Shown one piece after another: positions 49,493-53,838 of a stretch of 53,838 nt of DNA. The notes under the pieces are model-generated. The model was not told where the DNA came from and did no database searches. It saw only the letters and a list, made by a program, of their open reading frames with translations. The stretch comes from a bacterium (GTDB lineage: Bacteria > Patescibacteriota > Patescibacteriia > HK-STAS-PATE-3). Location of the stretch: contig JAZDMR010000024.1 of assembly GCA_043800725.1 (NCBI GenBank), positions 1-53,838 on the forward strand. The letters are read 5' to 3'. Both the position numbers and the translations under genes were made by a program. Each line of letters begins with the position of its first letter. Positions within the stretch are counted from its first letter, which is position 1.

Positions 49493-50301
49493 CTTCCGTA
49501 ATATCTCGATCCAATCGCGGTTTGGATATAATTAGTTTTTCGCTCATCTTCGCTATCTCCCAGGCCTTTGGTAACCAGATTTATCCTGACAAAAGGCTGC
49601 TTATAGGCCGCATACTCACCTTCTATCGGATCAGAAATACGAAAAGGATCCTCTTCCGGAATAATAAAAAACTTCAAACCATAGGGCTCACCCGGATATT
49701 GCGAGCCTCCGGTGAGCCTGACATTATCAGGAGTAATATCGCTCCAGCTCTGATAAAAATTGCAAGATAGTTCGCAGCTTTCTGATTCAGCGCAATCCAG
49801 ATTAGAATTGCACTCATTTTTATTGCCGCCGTAGTTGGGTGTAACACATATGCTGGTTTCTAGGCAGATTTCTACTTTATCACCCAACTCTGGCAAATTA
49901 TTATCATCTGATACATTTTTACCCCAAGGATCGAATTCCGGATTCAAGCTTCTCCTTCTGATGATTGTCCTGTTGCCGTCCTGATCAAGCAGTGCTAGAA
50001 CGTGCAGAGGGTCAACCGGATTATTTAAAAAATAGACTTGCTCTATTGAAATATAATCTGTTCTTCCCTTGTAAAAATCATAGTCAACCGTGCCCATCCT
50101 AACGGATCTGGCCATCGTCTCCATGGTATAGCGAGCATCCCTGGTCAGCCTTTGCGATAATAATGTCCGTCTTTGAAGATTGGCAGAGGTGGTAAAGATA
50201 TTCATGACCAACAGCAATGACGTGGAAAAAATTCCCAAAACCAAAACAATTTCCATAAGAGTGAAGCCGCGGCGGTTGTTAATTCGTTTAAATATGGTCA
50301 T
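49489..50301 (-). CDS. prepilin-type protein (PilW/GspJ-like)
   Basis: RRG-FTLMEI cleavage/methylation site; ATGA overlap. Confidence 0.85.
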   Translation of the reverse strand: MTIFKRINNRRGFTLMEIVLVLGIFSTSLLLVMNIFTTSANLQRRTLLSQRLTRDARYTMETMARSVRMGTVDYDFYKGRTDYISIEQVYFLNNPVDPLHVLALLDQDGNRTIIRRRSLNPEFDPWGKNVSDDNNLPELGDKVEICLETSICVTPNYGGNKNECNSNLDCAESESCELSCNFYQSWSDITPDNVRLTGGSQYPGEPYGLKFFIIPEEDPFRISDPIEGEYAAYKQPFVRINLVTKGLGDSEDERKTNYIQTAIGSRYYGR

Positions 50302-50903
50302 GTTTTCCAATTATAAAGATGCTCTATTAGAGTTGAGTTATAAAGGGTGCCTTTTTCTTCCCATTCCACATCAGCCTTAACTGAAAAATAGTCAGCTGAA
50401 TCGCAGTCGGTAACAAGCTGCGATTCAGCATTCATTGGAATAACAGTTAACAAGCGCCGAAAAGGAGTATCTTGCGCTCCTTCGGGAGTAATAAATTCAC
50501 TAGTTTGAAGATAATAAGCATACTTTTCGCCAGAATCTTTGCCTTCTTCTAAAAATATTCTGGCTTGCGGTTGATCCATACTATCAAAGTTAAAATTCAG
50601 ATTCCAGTCTGATACAATGGGATTGTATTCAAGGATTGCTGTATAGTCCGTAAGTATTGGACAGAGCTGATCATGCCAATCAACAGGACTGTTCAGCCAA
50701 TTAGTGTCGCGAATGTGGCGGACATGCTCAATGCCTTCTCTGGCCAGATTATCAGCGATTGTCCTGTTTTGAGCAGCCTGACCGGCCCGGATAGTAGTAA
50801 CGCCCAAAACCACCGTGGTAACCACTCCGGTAACTAAAATTGCTACGGCAATAATGGCTTCTACCATGCCTTGTCCTGAGCGATTTTTTATTAACAATTT
50901 CAT
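50298..50903 (-). CDS. prepilin-type protein (PilV-like)
   Basis: SG-QGMVE, LAREGIE..R.IRD, terminal LYNW. Confidence 0.85.
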   Translation of the reverse strand: MKLLIKNRSGQGMVEAIIAVAILVTGVVTTVVLGVTTIRAGQAAQNRTIADNLAREGIEHVRHIRDTNWLNSPVDWHDQLCPILTDYTAILEYNPIVSDWNLNFNFDSMDQPQARIFLEEGKDSGEKYAYYLQTSEFITPEGAQDTPFRRLLTVIPMNAESQLVTDCDSADYFSVKADVEWEEKGTLYNSTLIEHLYNWKT

Positions 50904-50912
50904 ATTATTCGT

Positions 50913-51614
50913 TTAGGGAGAAGTCCCGGAAATCACGCTTATTTGGCCGGAGGCACCTATAACCTTAACAATTTTTTCCAACCCCGTCACGTTATGCGTC
51001 AAGGTTATCTCAACATTATCAACAATCACTTCAGTGATCCCGCAGGGAACCTCCCTGCCTAAGCGCACCCGGGATTGCGGCGGGAAAAAGGTAATATCGA
51101 CAATCTGTTGTTGAACGTCAGGGATACCAGCAAATTCGATCTTTGAAATTACGATATCTTTCGGCAAGGAAATAACCGGGGGAGGTAAGGCATAATCGCT
51201 GTTATCCGTATCTTCGGTACAGTCATCACTACAATATCCATAATTGTAGCGAAAGTCTCTGATCGTTTCGCAACCCATAGCCGTATACCTTTCACGGTCG
51301 GCGAATATCAAATATTTATTATCACCCATACCAGGTATATCAAAATGCACGCCATAGCCCCCGATCGGGACTGACTCGGATTCATCAGTGCCGACCTGAA
51401 CTGTTTTTCCGGAAAAGGCATTGGTCTGAGCGGTCCGAATATCTTGGGCCAAGTTTTCAGCAGCCGATCTGAGATTGTCGTTCTGCTTGTATCGGTCAAA
51501 ATTCCAGATTAATATTCCCACCAACAGGCCGAATATTACAAAAACAATTAAAAGCTCTATCAGGGTCATGCCTGATTGGTTTTTTTTCAAATTATGTGAA
51601 GTAAGGAATTGCAC
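50913..51614 (-). CDS. prepilin-type protein (FimT/GspH-like)
   Basis: SG-MTLIEL, DIRTAQ..A, GYGVHF. Confidence 0.85.
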   Translation of the reverse strand: MQFLTSHNLKKNQSGMTLIELLIVFVIFGLLVGILIWNFDRYKQNDNLRSAAENLAQDIRTAQTNAFSGKTVQVGTDESESVPIGGYGVHFDIPGMGDNKYLIFADRERYTAMGCETIRDFRYNYGYCSDDCTEDTDNSDYALPPPVISLPKDIVISKIEFAGIPDVQQQIVDITFFPPQSRVRLGREVPCGITEVIVDNVEITLTHNVTGLEKIVKVIGASGQISVISGTSP

Positions 51615-52338
51615 TGTCCCCGTATAAGTGAACTATGATAGTCGCGCCCGTCAAAAAAGTTCCAAAAGGTATGGTGCTTTGCCAGCTTTTTCGCCTGGCT
51701 ATCACCAGCCCCGACCCGACCAATGATCCGATTACATAAGCGGCAATCAGGGCAATAAATATTCCGGGCCAGCCCAAGAATGCACCCATCAACAGCCCCA
51801 GCCTGATATCACCGCCGCCAATCCATTGCCCTCTAGAAATAATAAATTGCAAACCAAAAAAACCTGCTCCAATTATAGCACTGATTGCCAGATTCCAGAA
51901 GGAAATACCAAGCAATAAATTGCCGATTAAAGCTAGGACAAATCCGGGCAGAGAAACTCTATCCAGGATTAATGACTCCTTGGCGTCGTAAACAAAAATA
52001 ATTATTAGAAAGGGAAAAACAACCAGATCCAGGAAAAAAGCCCCGGTCCAGCCGAATTTCAGCCAGCTTAGAATAAATACTAACGCCATGGCCAGCTCAA
52101 CAATCGGATACCAGACGGAAATCGATTTATGGCAATGGCGACAGCGGCCTTTTTGAACCAGCCAGCTGACTACCGGAATAAGCTCGCCGGCGCTAAGAGT
52201 TTTTTTACAGCGAGGGCACATTGATCGCCCACGTAAAAACGTTTTTTTTACTTTAATCCGCCAAATGATCGCGTTTAAAAAACTGCCGATAATCAGCCCG
52301 AATATTCCGATAGCAATCAGCCAAATTATTTTTTCCAT
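51592..52338 (-). CDS. pilD: prepilin peptidase
   Basis: GSFLN, RSMCPRC, GRCRHC, GGGD, IPFGTFL. Confidence 0.95.
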   Translation of the reverse strand: MEKIIWLIAIGIFGLIIGSFLNAIIWRIKVKKTFLRGRSMCPRCKKTLSAGELIPVVSWLVQKGRCRHCHKSISVWYPIVELAMALVFILSWLKFGWTGAFFLDLVVFPFLIIIFVYDAKESLILDRVSLPGFVLALIGNLLLGISFWNLAISAIIGAGFFGLQFIISRGQWIGGGDIRLGLLMGAFLGWPGIFIALIAAYVIGSLVGSGLVIARRKSWQSTIPFGTFLTGATIIVHLYGDSAIPYFT

Positions 52339-52506
52339 ACACTCACTATATCATAATAACCGGTAATCTTCCTTAGATAATCGCCGAGCATTGAGCAAAC
52401 AATATAAGCACTGGCGAAGATGGCCATCTTCGCCTCTGGGCAGTTGAATAAAAATTCCAAGCCGTAGCTAAATAGATCGCCATATTTGGCAGCTACTTAG
52501 TACCTT

Positions 52507-52923
52507 CTACTGTATCCCCGCCTCGGTCAGGATATGCTTGCCGGCTGCCAAGGTGCCATACTGACGCTCAAGCGTGAATTGTACGCGGTAATTATCCTCA
52601 TCCGGCACTTGTGTAATCGTATAGGCAAACCTGCTGGGATCTTTCAAGCTGTCAGCGCCTGATAAATACCTGCCCAGCCCGCAATCATTGATATCCGCTC
52701 CCGCCTCACTGCAGCCTTGCGCCGCTTCCAAATAGCTGCCTTTTTCAAAGATTAATAATTGGAAAGCCGCCTGGACCTTGGTCATATCGGCAATCCTTTG
52801 GCTGTCCCTGGCTCTGGCCCGCTCATTGCCAAGCATGACCACCCCAATAACAATTACCAAACCAAAAATTCCTATTACGATTATTAGCTCGATTAACGAT
52901 AATCCTTGTTGCTTTTTTTTCAT
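52507..52923 (-). CDS. type IV pilin / pseudopilin
   Basis: QG-LSLIEL, ARDSQRIAD; start placed at ATG 52923. Confidence 0.88.
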   Translation of the reverse strand: MKKKQQGLSLIELIIVIGIFGLVIVIGVVMLGNERARARDSQRIADMTKVQAAFQLLIFEKGSYLEAAQGCSEAGADINDCGLGRYLSGADSLKDPSRFAYTITQVPDEDNYRVQFTLERQYGTLAAGKHILTEAGIQ

Positions 52924-52928
52924 AAATA

Positions 52929-53465
52929 TTACCAGGTACAAGTATCAGCTACTTCGCATTTAGCGTTAATATGGGTATCATCATTATCCTGCCTGCCATT
53001 GTCGCCCGTACTGTCGATCCAGTACCAGTCAGTACTAATGCCCTCTAAATGAGTATACAAAATATAAGCAGTTTTTGCACTATTGGTATCATACCAATAT
53101 TGATATTCTGGATCATCCGTGGGCGATTCAAGTGTTTGGGATAAATACTCCGGGACAAGCTCATTATTTGCCTCTACAGGATCAAAAATACCTACGTCAG
53201 TCGTTGAGCCGTCTGGAGCGCCGCCTGCAGCAACAGTGCTTGGATAGATAAAATCATTATCATCATAATAATTAAGCAGAGCCGTACGAATGCTGGCTAA
53301 GTCAGACTTTCTCTGGGCATCGCGGGCTTTTTCTTTTGATTGGTTATACGAAGCCAAACCGATTGCTGAAAGAATTCCAATCACGGCGATAGTGACCAAT
53401 AACTCAACCAAGGTAAATCCCTTGGCTGTTTTAGTAAAATTTAATTTTTGACAGTCCTGTGACAT
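52929..53465 (-). CDS. type IV pilin / GspG-like pilin
   Basis: KG-FTLVELL, KARDAQRKSDL. Confidence 0.92.
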   Translation of the reverse strand: MSQDCQKLNFTKTAKGFTLVELLVTIAVIGILSAIGLASYNQSKEKARDAQRKSDLASIRTALLNYYDDNDFIYPSTVAAGGAPDGSTTDVGIFDPVEANNELVPEYLSQTLESPTDDPEYQYWYDTNSAKTAYILYTHLEGISTDWYWIDSTGDNGRQDNDDTHINAKCEVADTCTW

Positions 53466-53838
53466 TGTTTAAATATGGTATCGCCCAGATTAATATCAGG
53501 GTTACGGGAAGAATGTAGGGCGTGATGATTAAACGGAATACTTCTTGTTTTTGCTTGCTGGCTATCAGCCGAACTATGCTGGCGAAAACTCCGACGATAA
53601 AAATCGCCACCAAACTGATCAATACCCCCGGCCAATTACTCACCAGAGCGCTGATGGTTAACAAATATATGTCGTCCGTGCCATATTGCTCAAGTCTAAA
53701 GATTTTTTTACATCCGGCAAAAGCCACAAACACTATCGAAGCGGTAATCAATCCGACCATCAGGGGCTGGGCCAGCCTGGCAATATGTCCGTAAATAATC
53801 GTTGAATGAGGCGGCAGCCAGTACTGAGAAACCTCATT
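53431..53838 (-). CDS. partial membrane protein, possibly a degenerate A24 peptidase-like paralog
   Basis: Frame open to the window edge; TM helices, YGTDD where PilD has GGGD, then WP and PY. Confidence 0.5.
   Translation of the reverse strand, partial: NEVSQYWLPPHSTIIYGHIARLAQPLMVGLITASIVFVAFAGCKKIFRLEQYGTDDIYLLTISALVSNWPGVLISLVAIFIVGVFASIVRLIASKQKQEVFRLIITPYILPVTLILIWAIPYLNNVTGLSKIKFY

Overview
This window looks like a Patescibacteria (CPR) chromosome segment using genetic code 11. That assignment is inferred from the absence of rpmD (L30) between rpsE and rplO, ribosomal proteins with charged extensions, core genes mostly lacking Shine-Dalgarno sites, and a type IV pilin cluster. Bases 1-11 kb are accessory. 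They hold a minus-strand cluster (ArsR regulator, HD hydrolase, NUDIX-methyltransferase fusion, split ComD/ComE-like ThDP decarboxylase, two SAM methyltransferases, and a radical SAM enzyme with a non-canonical CX2CX2C motif). Three copies of a shared operator-like box link these genes, and an intact IS30 interrupts the cluster. A secreted M23 peptidase with a T9SS/FlgD-like tail and tRNA-Lys follow. Bases 11.7-37.3 kb are core: exonuclease, dnaB, ybaB, recR, rplU, ruvX, map, adk, secY, the spc/S10/str ribosomal protein genes and rpmB, with three non-ribosomal ORFs inserted among them. Bases 37.4-42.6 kb form a second variable zone ending at tRNA-Pro, followed by ndk, a response regulator, gatA, gatC, ligA and pilin genes. 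The best candidates for novel biology are the ArsR-controlled radical SAM/ThDP cluster and an L23 with an FtsY-like N-terminal amphipathic extension. All calls come from reading sequence and motifs; no database searches were run.
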